This document shows positions 11,944 through 24,787 of a stretch of 64,000 nucleotides of DNA, in pieces. Position 1 is the first letter of the stretch. The number at the start of each line of letters is the position of its first letter. Below the pieces are notes generated by a model, which ran no database searches, was not told the origin of the DNA, and worked only from the letters and a program-made list of their open reading frames with translations. A program made the translations under genes and the position numbers. This stretch comes from Camelus ferus (taxonomy: Eukaryota). The stretch spans positions 102,922,001 to 102,986,000 of the forward strand of contig NC_045696.1 of NCBI RefSeq assembly GCF_009834535.1, in the 5' to 3' direction.

Positions 11944-13550
11944 ACAAATATTTTAAACTCTCACTTCTCCATAGATACCCCAAAATATCCCACCTAGCAA
12001 GGTTGGATGCGCATGTCCCTCTGCCTCTGAGAAAAGCTGTTTGGTACAAATTAGCAGAGGAGTACTAAATTTATGAGTAGCAGTTTACCGTATAAAGCAA
12101 GGAAGTATATATTCTGCTAGTGTTAGCACTTCCCTCACACAGAGCAATTATCCTGCTGCCAGAACTGTTCCACCAATGAATTATTTATTCAAAATATCAC
12201 TAAATAAATACTGCAAGACTGTATGTCCACGAGTCATCAAGAGTAAAGCTGGCGTGTTAAAGAAAACACACTGCTAATTCACTCATTTTATTAAGACCTA
12301 GATAGCACTTTTATTCAAGCTACCAAACTGCACCTATAAAAACAAAAAATTACTTCCTCTGTTTCAATGCTCGAATTGAGCAGAACATTCCAATAGTTGC
12401 CCAATTTTTGTCTTGAAAAGACTGCACAATGTAGGTAATACCTAAAACGTGTCTTTTAACAGTAACTTTTTAGAAGTCATACCATATTCACACAATGCTC
12501 TGCTGATAAATGCACCACCCACAAAACAAAGACCACGATCAGGGCATTCATTATGAGCCTAGTGTGGCCACCACGCAGACAATATTCTGGAGATTTGAGT
12601 TAGTCTGCAAATGGCTGTGCAGGGAGAAGTGGACAGGCCCAGAGATCGATAGAATTCACTTTATTTCATAGCAATGGTTTGGAAGTCATGAGCTACCAGC
12701 CATTCCATCAGTGCACACTCCCTGTCTACCACCTGACTCTGTTTTCACGGGGTGCTCTGATGCCCTGGGAAAGAGCCTGCTCAGGAAGGGGAAGGGGGTG
12801 GTGTCACCATCTCAATGTTCACTCACTGGGCTCACCTTTCACCGGGGTCACCTTTCACCTGCACGCATGTGCAGACTAGAGGAAAACATGGTCTTTATAT
12901 TCTCTTTGTTTGCCACAGGTCTCCTAAGAGCAAAATGCAGAACTGCGATCCAATAGAGGGGGAGGGAATTTTTTAGAAGAAAAAGTCAAAGCTGTCCAAA
13001 TGATGTCATAAAGGCAAAGCATGGAATGGCTGTAAAACTGAAAAAAGAAATCTAAGACATACGGCCTTTAAAAACAACATTAAGACTTTTTAAATTATGC
13101 ATGAGGGAGGAGAAAAATAAGATATACGGCTTTTAAAAATAATATCGAGAGTTAAAAACATTCTGCACGAAGGCAAAATGTTCATATTTGTGACAAACAC
13201 ATGAAGGCCAGAGTTCAGTTTAGAGACACGGAAGTGTTTCTTTATTTTTTCTCTGTAATGAGATCTTGTTAAGCATATTCAGTTACTCTGTCATTCATTA
13301 ACCTGGATTATCCTCTGCAAAGAAATGGTCAAAGAATTCAAAGTCCAATTCTCCTAGAAATTCAAACCAGTCTTAGATTATCTTTCAGAAAGAAAGAAAG
13401 AATCCAGTGAAACCCAGATGAAAAAAAAAAAAGGAATAAATTTAGGGATTAATGGATGGTAGTAGAAGCAATAAAAGGTATTGTTCCACTCCTGGAAGGC
13501 TGATCTGGAGCAGAATAGTTAACATTGTACTCAGTTTTTCTCAAGCCTAC

Positions 13551-13620
13551 CTATTTTATTAAATGCTTCTTGGAGTTCTTCCAGCTCCTCCCGAGAGATC
13601 GTAGTGGTACTGTTCTCCAT
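13551..13620 (-). CDS. PLS1: Plastin-1, first coding exon (70 nt CDS; MENSTTTISREELEELQEAFNKI + phase-1 G)
   Basis: ATG at 13620-13618. Translation matches the plastin-1 N-terminus as I recall it. Donor TAG|GTAGGC with GT at 13550-13549. Confidence 0.97.
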
Positions 13621-13656
13621 CTCTGAATAGCAAAGACTACCTTCAGGTCTTTATAC
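13621..13656 (-). other. PLS1: 5' UTR part (36 nt) of the first coding exon; implies at least one upstream non-coding exon
   Basis: Minus-strand acceptor ...CTAACATTGGTTTTTCTAG|GTATAAAG with AG at 13658-13657 and a CTAAC branch-point-like motif. Confidence 0.85.
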
Positions 13657-15018
13657 CTAGAAAAACCAATGTTAGAAAAAGAACATTAGCCCCTGGGAAA
13701 CCTTTAACCAGGCAGTAAAATATCTAGAAGTCACCTGAGTGGCCCGGCTGACAAGGAAAAAATAGGAACAGAGCCCCTGCTAACACTCTTTTGCAGCCTA
13801 GGGCATAACTGAGACTCAGGAAGGGGAAGAAATACTGGTTTTTTATACACCCTGTGCTTATCTAGGACATGGGCATTTCTCAATGGTTTGTATAATTTTC
13901 ATATACACTTGACCCCACTATTTCAGAAAAATAAGCATTTCAAAGTTGAGAACAGTCTATGAAGGATGTGGTCAGAAAGTAAAATTTTAGGATATGAATA
14001 ATGTCCATAAAAAGAATAAAGTAAGTTAGAGCCTGATGGAGCTCGTGGCTTGAACGTTCACAATATTTGACCACTGCTACCTCCTTTCTCTCTCCCGGTG
14101 CAAGGACTCTCCAAGATCTGTGGAGCCCTTCTTACAATGAGCACGTGAGACAAACGAAAGAGAAAAAAAAAAAATGATGTAAAGCTGGGTTGTAAGAAAA
14201 GCAAGCATGTGGTATTCACTGTAGAAAATAAGTGGTAACTTACTGGTAATGCCCAAATCAGAAATTTTAATTATCCACAATCCTACTACCCAGAAACGTA
14301 ACTAGTATTGTTTTGTTGTCTACATCTTTCTGATCTGCTTTTCAAATGCACCTGTACCTTTTTTTTGAGGGGGGGAGGGTGTGAAAATATGAGTATGTTG
14401 TAATTTTTTTGTACTAATACATTGTATATATTAGCATAATATTTACTGGCCACGTAGTCCTATGTCATAATTTATCTGGTAAACTCTTTGTTTCATGGGT
14501 ACTTGCATTGCTTCCAGTTTTGCATTATAAACGAGTGCTACAGTGAACTTCTGCATAGATAAAACTATGCTTATCCATGTTTATTTCTGTAGATAAATAT
14601 TTCTAGGTGGAATTATTTACACTTCTAGGGCTTCTGATATGCAACAGGGCAATTCTTACTTTTAAAATGACTTTGTGCTTCAGCTATTCAACGTAAAGCT
14701 AAAGATGATACACACCTAATTACATTAGAGTTAATACATATTTCAGAAAGTAAGTGAAAATGAGTGTTTTATAAGATAACAAGAACTGAAGCTAAATAGG
14801 AAATTCTCTCTTTTTACACACTTGTATTTATATAAGAGGTTCAACGTCATCCCTGAACATTTCTAGTTTTTCAGGGAAGCACATAATTTTTGAAATAATT
14901 CATTAAAAATTTTCACTGATCATTTAAAAATCAAATCACATGAAGCCCTCTAAGAGTACAGTTCATTTGTGATCTGTATATCAACTTGTTTAAGATTTTT
15001 GTTCTTTCAAAATGACAG

Positions 15019-16043
15019 ATTTTTTTAATTGAAGTATAGTTGCTGTACAATATTATATAAGTTGCGGGTGTACAATATAGTGATTCACAATTTTTAAAGG
15101 TTATATTCCATTTATAATTATAAAATATTGGCTGTGTTTCCTGTATTGTACAATATATCCTTGTAGCTTATTTTATACCTAATAATTTGTACCTCACAAT
15201 CCCCTACCCCCATATTGTCCCTCCCCTTCCCTTTCCCCACTGGTAACCACTAGTTTCTTCTCTATATCTGAGTCTGCTTCTTTTTTGTTACATTCACTAG
15301 TTTGTATTTTTTTTAGGTTCCACATGTAACTTTATCATAGTGTCTTTCTCTGCCTGATTTATTTCACTTAGCATAATGCCCTCCAAGTCCATCCATGTTG
15401 CTGCAAATCTCAAAATTCATTTTTTTTATGGTTAAGCAGTATTTCATTGTAAAAATACACCCTATCTTCTTATCCATTCATCTGTTGATGGACACTCAAG
15501 TTGTTTCCATATCTTGGCTATTGGAAATATCACTATTATGAATGTTCAGGTACACGTATCTTTTTGAATTCGTGTTTTGGGTTTGTTTGTTTGTTTGTTT
15601 GTTTTGGTATATACCCAGGAGTAGAATTGCTGGGTCATATGGTAGTTCTGTTTTCAGTTTTTTGAGAAACCTCCATACTGTTTTCTACAGTGGCTGCACC
15701 AATTTACATTCCCACCAACAGTGCATGAGGGTTCCCTTTTCTCCACATCCTCGCCAATATCTGTTATTTGTGTTCTTTTTGATGATGGCCATTCTGACAG
15801 GTGTGAGGAGATATCTCACATGGTTTTGATTTACATTTTCCTGATAATTAGCGATGTTGAGCATCTTTTCATTTGCCTGTTGGTCATCTGCATTTCCCCT
15901 TTGGAAAAATGTCTATTCAGTTCTTCTACCTATTATTTAATTGTATCTTTTTTTATGTTGAGTTGTATGAGCTGTTTATGTATGTTGGATATTAACCACT
16001 TATTGGTCATATTTGCAAATATTTTCTCCCATTTAGTAGGTTG
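15019..16043 (-). mobile_element. 5'-truncated LINE-1 (sense to PLS1) with target-site duplication
   Basis: T-tail then TTGAAGTATAGTTG... and L1 ORF2 antisense motifs. TSD CAAAATGACAG at 15008-15018 and 16044-16054. Confidence 0.92.
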
Positions 16044-17709
16044 CAAAATGACAGCTTTCTACGTCTTACAGTTATTTTGGGGCCTGATTCTAATTAAATG
16101 TGTAATTAAATCTTTTGGTTTTAAATACACACACACACACCATTGCCCACTATTTAATTGTACACTGTTTTAAAAATATCTAAAGAGTTCAAGTCAGTGG
16201 AGTAGGAAAAAGGTGGTAAATGAACTTCTTAATCCCCAGATGCAGTTTCTTACATGTTAGCATTAAATACGTATTCACACTTTATTGAATTTTCACTTTT
16301 AGAATGTTTTACTGTAGTTAAAACTATTTAAAGGCATACTTATTTTGTGTTGAAAGAGATTAAACAAGTCCTTTTAGGACTTCTAAAGATAATTCCCCAG
16401 TCTGCAAAGTGCTAACTCTATCATGCTGGTTTTGATTCTGTGGTTTTGGACATCCTATTCAATATTCAAAATGGTTTCTATTCCTTGCCTCAAGTTTTAA
16501 AAATAGTGGTCCAATTTTAGCATCTGCATTCCACAGAAAGGCTGCAAATTCACAGTTCTTGTGTTGACCTTGCATTTGAGATGATAAATATATCCAGGGT
16601 TCTATTCTTTACTTAAGCCTTCAAATTTATATCATTTGTTAATTACATAAAATATTTTTATTCCCCCACAACTAGGCAAAACCAGCACACAAACTTACTG
16701 AAAAAGCAATTTACCCAAATGATATTATAAGTATAAAGAAGTTGTTTCATGTCCTTTGATATTCAAGTGAAACAAACAGGAAAATACAGAACAATCTTTA
16801 AGGTGTATTCTTAAAAGAGCAAAGCAAGGTGCAGAAAAATTAGTATGGTTGGAGGAAGAGGAGCTATATCAGTTGTACGTTTATAAGAGCATTTCCAGAA
16901 GGACACAGGAAAGGTAACAGCAATTGCCTCTCTAGGGAAAATGGGGGATTGGAGGCAGAGTGGGAAAGAGGCTTATTTTTCATTATATACTTTTTTATTT
17001 TTTTTTAGACTATAAGCCTATCAAAACCAAAAATAACTGAAAAATAACAGAGGTAGTTGTGGTAAAACATTGGAAACCAAAATAAATACTAGTGGTCTGA
17101 AGGTATACATTATACACTGATAGACTGTGGTAAGAATAACATATACAGTACCTAAATGTCACAATTTTAAGTAAGATCACCTATATTTCCTTACAGAGCA
17201 ATATACTCTGATTAAAATAGTAAAATAATTTATAGCTTTCCACAAAGGCATGAAGACTTAGCAGTAGAGTGGTTAATGAAAAACATATTGCCTCTTTTCT
17301 AAGTGTAGGCTCATGCATAAAAATATAGTATCGATATTTTTCTAAGTTTTTGCAAATTTATAATAATGTTAGGATTCTTCAAAAACTAAGTACAGTACAT
17401 GGTATGCCTTAACAAGCATTTTTATGTAGCACAATGAACTTATTGGGAGCAACATATACTATTGGCTGAGAAAATAGTTGTTTGATTTGATGTATAAAAG
17501 ATTGTTCTGGTTTGATCCTCCAAATAAACTACCTACTATCACGTTTTTCAGTGAAACAAAAAGTTTCTGCTACAAAAAAAAAGCAATTACTTTTTAAAAC
17601 TTTATGGAAGAAAATTAAAATTTCAAAATAGTATATTAACATTTTAGCAGAAAAGGCCAGTGACCCGATAACTAGTAACATAATATTTATTTTTCTTACT
17701 AGTCCCACA

Positions 17710-17930
17710 CCGAGATGATTAATGCACTGTCCTAAGTGCTTTGTGTCCATTCTCACTTACTCCCCACCACTCCATGAGGTAGGTACTGTCCTCATTTTGT
17801 AATTGAGAAGAGGATGCTTCAAAGGATTGAGTAACTTTTTTAAGGTCACAGTGAATAACTCTCACAGGCTCATGGCTGAGCTGTGGCAGAACCTGACTCT
17901 CTCATTCCTGCCTCTAGGTCAGTATGCTCT
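17710..17930 (-). mobile_element. MIR SINE fragment
   Basis: GCACTGTCCTAAGTGCTTTG...CCATGAGGTAGGTACTGTCCTCATTTTGTAATTGAGAAG...AGTAACTT...AAGGTCACAGTG. Confidence 0.7.
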
Positions 17931-19142
17931 GTAGTCTCCCAAGTACAATCTGATAGCAAACCTTAAAAACATACAAATATGTACTTGTATAATAATCATA
18001 CAATGCTTTACATAATATATATAACATACATTATATACCTATGAAATAAGAATTTGCATTTTAAAGAAATTGGCCTCTGTAAAATTCTTTGGAAGGTTTT
18101 GAGGGAAAAATTCTAGCTAGATCAACTCATATTTATCAGGCACATAACCTGTCAGTTCTGAAACACTCTACAACACACAGTTACTAGAAGTTACTATGCA
18201 GTTTTTGAAATGAGAACACATCACTAACTGGTACACAAACACCTGGCATTGAAGCATACATACCTGGACGCCTGAGATGGCTCAGAAAGCACAGTTTTCC
18301 AAAGTCAGGTCTGAAAGATGCAGCCCAGAGGTGGCCAGGATCACTGACCAGAGACCCACCAACAGGGCAGGTTATGCTGAATTCTCTAGACCAATTTACC
18401 TTCTCATAGATTTTGACACGTGTCCTATACATCTTCAGTAATGCCAACCCTGCTTTCCCTCTCGGCTTTTTTTTTTTTTTTTTTAGCCCATATAATTCTA
18501 AGTAAAACCTGTTTTTGCCAATTAAAGCCTTTTTTCCCTCTCCCAATCCTCAAGCGTACCTGGACCCAACCCAATATAAATTCAGAAAGTTAAGGAAGTA
18601 TATTCTAAAAATGAACTTCTTAATTTAGATGAAATTGGATCTGATCTTTTATCCTCCCTTAAATTTCTAACTTCCTTGAACCTTTAAAAGCTATACCAAA
18701 ATTAGTCTAAGTAGCCCTTTATGACTGGCAGAATCCAAAACCCTTAGGACAGTTTCAGAGTTAAAAAAGGCATTAGGAACAGCCCTGAGACCAACAAGAC
18801 TTTGACGCCTTTCTACCAGTCTCAAAAGCCCCAACTGCAAGGGACCAAAGCTCTCTTCACTGTTACCTCTTGGCTTCCTGGCTATTCTTTCCTCCCTCCC
18901 TCTGTGGTCCTAGCCAGGGTCACTGGAGATTCTGAGTTCTCCAGGGACCCTTACCCCAGCCCATCCTTCACAATTCCCTTCCTCCCTTACTCCCCCTTCT
19001 CTGCCATTGTAAACAATAATGGCAAATATTTACAGAGGACTTTCAGCAGGCCTGGAACTATGCTATCCTCCTCACACACAGGAGCTCACCATTTATCTGT
19101 TCTACTAATGGAACAAGCATCCTCCTTTAAAATGTAAATTAG

Positions 19143-19407
19143 GGGGAGGGGGCGGGAAGGGATAGACTGGGAGTTCAAAATTTGTAGATACTGACAGGCA
19201 TATGTAGACTAGATAAACAAGATTATACTGTATAGCACAGGGAAGTATATGCAGGATCTTGTGGTAGCTCACAGTGAAAACAACGTGACAATGAATGTCT
19301 GTATGTTCATGTATAGCTGAAAGATTGTGCTCTACACTGGAATTTGACACAACATTGTAGAATGACTATAACTCAACAAAGAAAAATGTTTAAAAAATAA
19401 AATAAAA
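19143..19407 (+). mobile_element. Young 5'-truncated LINE-1 3' end inserted into a MIR
   Basis: GGGAAGGGATAGACTGGGAGTTC...GATAAACAAGATTATACTGTATAGCACAGGGAA. TSD TAAAATRTAAATTAG at 19128-19142 and 19408-19422. MIR sequence on both sides. Confidence 0.9.
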
Positions 19408-20025
19408 TAAAATATAAATTAGAGGCCCACAGAAATTAGGTAACCTGCCCAAGGAAAGCAGACAAAATAAAAGATTCAAAATTAAATCTGTTTCTAGTGC
19501 CCAAGCTCTTAAATTCTACTCACAGTTCAATTAACATCCCTATTCTCTCACAGCAAGCATCATAGGTAGTTTTAAAGAAAGGATCAATGACTAATTCACA
19601 CCTAAGTGTGAGTGACTAATAAACTCTCAAAGTGTTAATCATTCCATTATTCCAACCATATTTATATGTTAAGGGTAAGTGCCTGTTTTCTTTAGTAGGC
19701 TAATGGACAAATACATTGTTTAAACAACAGAATATTTATACATCAGTTGATTAAAAAAACTGCATCTATCTGTTTTCTCCAAAATATAGTTACATGGAAA
19801 AAGCAAACTGCAAAAAGAAACATACAGTATACCAATTATTGTAAATTATAAAAACACAAAATATTCTGTTGTTTATGCTGTTGTACATATGAAGTAAAAC
19901 TTTAAAACACGTGGAAATGACACAACAAATTCCGACAGCGGTTATCTACGGAGAGGGAGGTAAGGGGCACAGCTTGGGGCTAGAACTGGATCTGTTCCTT
20001 TTTTTTCAAAGATAGATTTGGAGCA

Positions 20026-20158
20026 GGGGGAGGGTATAGTTCAAGTGGTAGAGCGCATGCTTAGCATGCACAAGGTCCTGTGTTTGATAACCAGTACCTA
20101 CTCCAAAAATAAGTAAACCTAATTTACCTCCCCCTCTGCCAAAATAAAATAATTAAAT
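20026..20158 (+). mobile_element. vic-1-type SINE with perfect 18-bp TSD
   Basis: tRNA-Ala-like head. TSD AAAGATAGATTTGGAGCA at 20008-20025 and 20159-20176. Confidence 0.95.
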
Positions 20159-23100
20159 AAAGATAGATTTGGAGCAATTATGGTAAATATTTAGCATCTG
20201 CTCAAACTAAGCAATAAGATGATGACTACCAGTTGTGTTGTTTTAAATAATTCATAATATAAAAAATTTTAATTTTTAAACTCAGATAGTAAAAATAATA
20301 AATAAAATAATAAAGATAACAAAAGAATAAGGTTTGAACAGAAGAAAAGTCCCTCTAGAGGCTTGGGGAAATTTTTTTTTAATACTTCAATTATGAACAG
20401 TCAAAATAGTATTATTGTGGCAGAATAATTTATTGAAATATAAAATTGTTTTATTCTTCCCCCCTCAATTAAAGTAGTAACTAACTTTTGTCTTAGGGAT
20501 TCTGACAGCACAGAAGGTGAAACCAGCTTGGAATCTGTGGTCCCCTGAGTCTCTGGGCAGAAGCACAACCTTCTCAGGGCTCACCTGGGCTGGGTGTCCT
20601 GGGAGGGGGGCGGCAGGAGGAGGGCGTCTCTGAGAAGCCACCAGCTGAGGAAGACAGAGAGAAGGGAAGAGTATCCTGATGGAAAGGAAGGGGAACCTGT
20701 GAATGTCAGCAAAGAAGACAGCTGCCCCAGGGGAGGCAGAGAGGAGGGACAGACAACATGCAGCCGAACCTCCACTGGAGGGAGCCACGGGCCGCACCTG
20801 TGGGTTTGTCCCAGGCAGCCTCTGAGGACAGGGGACCCAGGACCAAACAGCTTCCTCTAAGCCTTGGCCCTGCTTCAGACCTCAGGACAACAGAGGCTGA
20901 GAGGCAGATTCTAGGTGCCTAACACTAGACAGTACTCAGGCAGGATGGGCCATCACAGTCAAAATGAAGTTGCTTTAAAGAACAGCAGGAAAGGGGTATT
21001 TCTTTCCTACTTGACTTTTATGGTAAAAGCCTTGATAGTGTTTCTCTGGAGAAGTGACAGGGATCTGAGGTTTCAGAGCATTTCAGTATCTCTGGTGAAC
21101 GGCAGTTCTGCTGGTGTCCTGTCTCCTCCTTCCCTCCCTCAGAAACCCTCCTCCGAGCTCCCAGCACAGCCTTCCTCTTTTCCTGTTTCATCCTGTATTC
21201 ACCTCTCCATTATGAGAAAGTCACAGGGTCACTGAAATAAGTCACTATATGAAACAATAAACAGCAAAGAAAAATGAATTAATTGAAGAGTTTTCTTTCT
21301 AGTTTAAAGAAAACCTGGACAATATTTTCACCTATCTGTAATATTCTCAGCATCTCCCTTTTCAATCATATTTCACAACAGGGAGCTGCATAGTTCATTT
21401 TGCAAAAAGCAGATATTCATATCCCCTATCAACCACACGTACACACAAGCACGTGCAAACATGCGTTTAAGAGAAAACAAGAACGAGAGAAAGAGACAGA
21501 GACCAAAGACTTTTGTAAGAAAACGGAAGTTCTTGGAAAAGCATTTAGCATGTGAAGGATTCATGTTGTGGCAAAACTCTCTTTCTTCCTTAAAGCAAAG
21601 TGTAAGTTAGAGTGGGGCATGACCCCAACCAGAATACCAGTGTAAAAGCCAGTGGTGAGTTAATAAGTATTCTGAGTTCAAAAATGGACTCAGGCAAAAT
21701 AAATTATACAGAAGGACTTGGAAAAAACAACACTCCCAAGGACAGATACTGTCTGGAATTGGAAGCTGCTGGAACCACAGCTCTGACCTTCACTACTTTG
21801 TGTATGGGATTTGGTCACTCAAGCACTGAGGTTCAAATGTTACTTGACTTGTGCAATTGAATGAATGGTGTGATGAGTAAGAGTTGGTCACTGAATGGTT
21901 AAATCAGCATGTTAAAAAAAAAAAAAAAACTGGTTTCCTCTCACAAGGCCCTTTCTCCAGCGTTTTCCCCATTATCCCTGACTAACACCAAACAGGTGCC
22001 GACTCAGTTTTGAAACCCGAAGACTTAAAATCGTAGCAAGTGCAGAGGTGATAAAGGGTGGCCTGGGCAGAGAGGGACAAAGTGTACAGCTCACCTCCCA
22101 CCCCGCACCCTCAACTCCACCCGGGTGAGTGGGCCCACCATGACTCAGTGGTACAGACACGGCTCGTCCACTGCAGCCTGTCCAAGAGGCAGGGAAACCT
22201 CTGCTCCTTTTTTAGCTAAGCCAAGGTTAGGTACATGAATACATAAATAAGACAAAGTAGACTTTGTTGGTCAAAGCTTAAGTCAAGAGTCATAGACGCT
22301 TACGTCATAGAAGACCATGATTAGAACCACTTGGAGGTATGAAACGGAGGGGAGGCCTCTGTCCCCAGTACATTCCTGAAGCCTCAAGCTCTCTCAAATT
22401 CAATAAATGAATATATCTAATTTGTCAACTGAGGACATTACAATCCATGAAACGGGGATTAGCTCTTCTCAGGACCTGCTGGCCATGGCCCCAGGCTCAG
22501 CAACACTTCTGTTCCACAGCCCATGAAAATTCGACCCAGTACCTGAAGTCCTAGATGAGGAAGGAGGATATCTGATTCCCCACCTTTACCCCTTTTCTGA
22601 TGTGTCCACAATGCCAGGCTGAGGCTCTCAAAGGGGAAGCCACTGCTGAGCATCAATGGACTGTTGCCAAGAGGAATCAGGCCCAAAGCTGCCTGATCTT
22701 CTGATTTTTAAAGGTAAGTCAGAAATCCATATTTTTATGCGAAATTTAATTTTTAAATTTGGCAAACAATTTGAATTACTATAAACACTAGGGTTGTCAG
22801 ATTCAAACTCTAGTCTATTAATTTGGATTTTCACGTCTCTAATTTTAAGGTACTTCACTTGGAGGACATGCTGTGTGCTTCTCTAGGAACATTCCAAACT
22901 ACTCATTCTAGGGCCAGAAGAAAGTATTTTGTCCCTTGATTTGTCAAAACCCAACCTCAGTTATGCACCACTCACCAAATCCCTGCCCCCAGTGAGGGAC
23001 ATTTCCAAGTGTCAGCTCCTCTGAGAAAAGAGGGGCCAGCAGGTCAGAAGCCCATCAGCCAGATTCCTCGCTCAGGTAACTGGATCTGCCCACCACCCTG

Positions 23101-23394
23101 GGATCTTTTTCTTCTCATTTTTTATTTATATCCCATCTTCTCTCCCTCATCCCCAGCCCCACTTCAGGACTTCTCTGGCTCCCTGAGAAAATTCAGCACA
23201 GTGTTACCCAAATTCGTGTCATACAATGTCACAACATCACCAACGCTTCAAGTAGAATTTTCTCAACATGTTTTGCTTTCTTCTCCAGCAACTATTTCTG
23301 TACTTCCAGTAACAGCACCAATTTTAGTTCTGGGGCCCTACTCATTCCCTATAATCTATCCATGCCTTCCAGGCCCAAGGCAATCAGCACGACA

Positions 23395-23785
23395 CATTGT
23401 CTGGCCACAGTGATTTGGTTTAGGGGTGGGCATATCATCCAGTTGGAGCCCACAAGACATAAGAAGGCCTTTGTGGAGACTTCTGTAATCAGAGTCCACA
23501 CTCTCCCCTGGACTGGACCCATATTCAAGAGGAAGTAGAGGCCGGAGCAGCTGTAGCCATCTTGTCTCCATGAGGAAAGGACCCACGGCTGAGAATGAAG
23601 CCAAAACCAACTCAGCAGAAAGCAGAGCCAGTGGGTGAAAGGAAACCACCACCTGGCAGGGCTGAGTCTTGAATCCCACTGTGCTAAAGCCTTTGTACTT
23701 TTTTAGTAACGTTAAAGAATATTTTTTAAAGCCAGTTAAACGGGGATTCTATTACTTGCAACAATGAGTCCAAACTGATAACATA
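23395..23785 (+). mobile_element. Old MaLR LTR fragment (MLT1K/L-like)
   Basis: TGGCCACAGTGATTTGGTTTAGGGGTGGGCA...GCCATCTTG...TGAGAATGAAGCCAA...AAGCCAGTT...TTCTATTACTTGCAAC...AACTGATA. Confidence 0.65.
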
Positions 23786-24707
23786 GTCATAAGAGACAAA
23801 ATTTACAAAAAGAAAACGGAAAGGGGAGTGTGTGTGTCAATTCCTCCAAAGATGGAGAGTATCTGGACATCCTAAATTGGGAAAGAAAATTAATCATAAT
23901 AATGTTTTCTGAATAAATTTACATCTAGATAAGAAGTATTATTTTTGTCATAACTTGTACTTTACCCCACCACAACCCGGAAAGCCAGTAGAACAGTCAG
24001 TTTACGATGGCTCCCACAGGAACCAGCAGCATTAAAGATTATATTCATAACCTAAAGGCCTCCTAGCCTGTGGCTTCTTTGTACCTTTCTTTTTCCTTCC
24101 CTTTATCCAGAAAGGTTCTTCCCACTTCTCTCTTAAGTTATCTCTAGCTAAAGGTAATAAACTGAGTAGTAGTAATAATATGAGGAATGACAGGGCTTCC
24201 TGGTATGAGGCAGGGCAGAGCAATCAAGCTGCAATAATAAACATTCAAAGTCAACAAATCAAAAAAAACAAAGTCAACAAATCATTAAAATCAGGAAATT
24301 ACTAATGCATTGCAGGTAGAGAAAAAAGAAGTAATCCACCCAATCCCCGAGAGTGAAAAAATATACATGCAAGACGTTTGCAGGTTTATCTGATGGCCCA
24401 CCAAGCATCAAGTCCCTGGAAGTCAGTTCAATTTTCAAAGGAGTACTTACTCAGACCTCAATAGGACTCATACTATAATTTGCTGTGTGGCACAGTAATG
24501 TGCTTCCAACACACACAGAGAACAAGAATGACGCGGGGCAGACAAGAATTCCAGAATGAATCAGGCTGAAAAAAATCAAACTCTCCATCTATTCTTATAA
24601 TTGCATTTTTTTATACATGATCAGATACTGAATGCAGTTATAGCTTCTCAAAGAAATTGGACAAAAACAAATTTTAAGTAGGAATACTAGAAATGATAGG
24701 TTTCTTT

Positions 24708-24787
24708 TTTTTTTAACATTTTTTATTGATTTATAATCATTTTACAATGTTGTGTCAAATTCCAGTGTTCAGCACAATTTTTCAGTC
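24708..24787 (-). mobile_element. Very short (~80 bp) young LINE-1 3' end with TSD
   Basis: Reverse complement matches the 3' end of the 19143-19407 copy (CACTGGAATTTGACACAACATTGTA). TSD ATGAYAGGTTTCTTT at 24693-24707 and 24788-24802. Confidence 0.88.

Noticed and set aside
15542..16173. Hydrophobic 95-aa and 150-aa ORFs that look like membrane proteins
   Set aside because: They are antisense readings of LINE-1 ORF2 inside a TSD-bounded L1 insertion.
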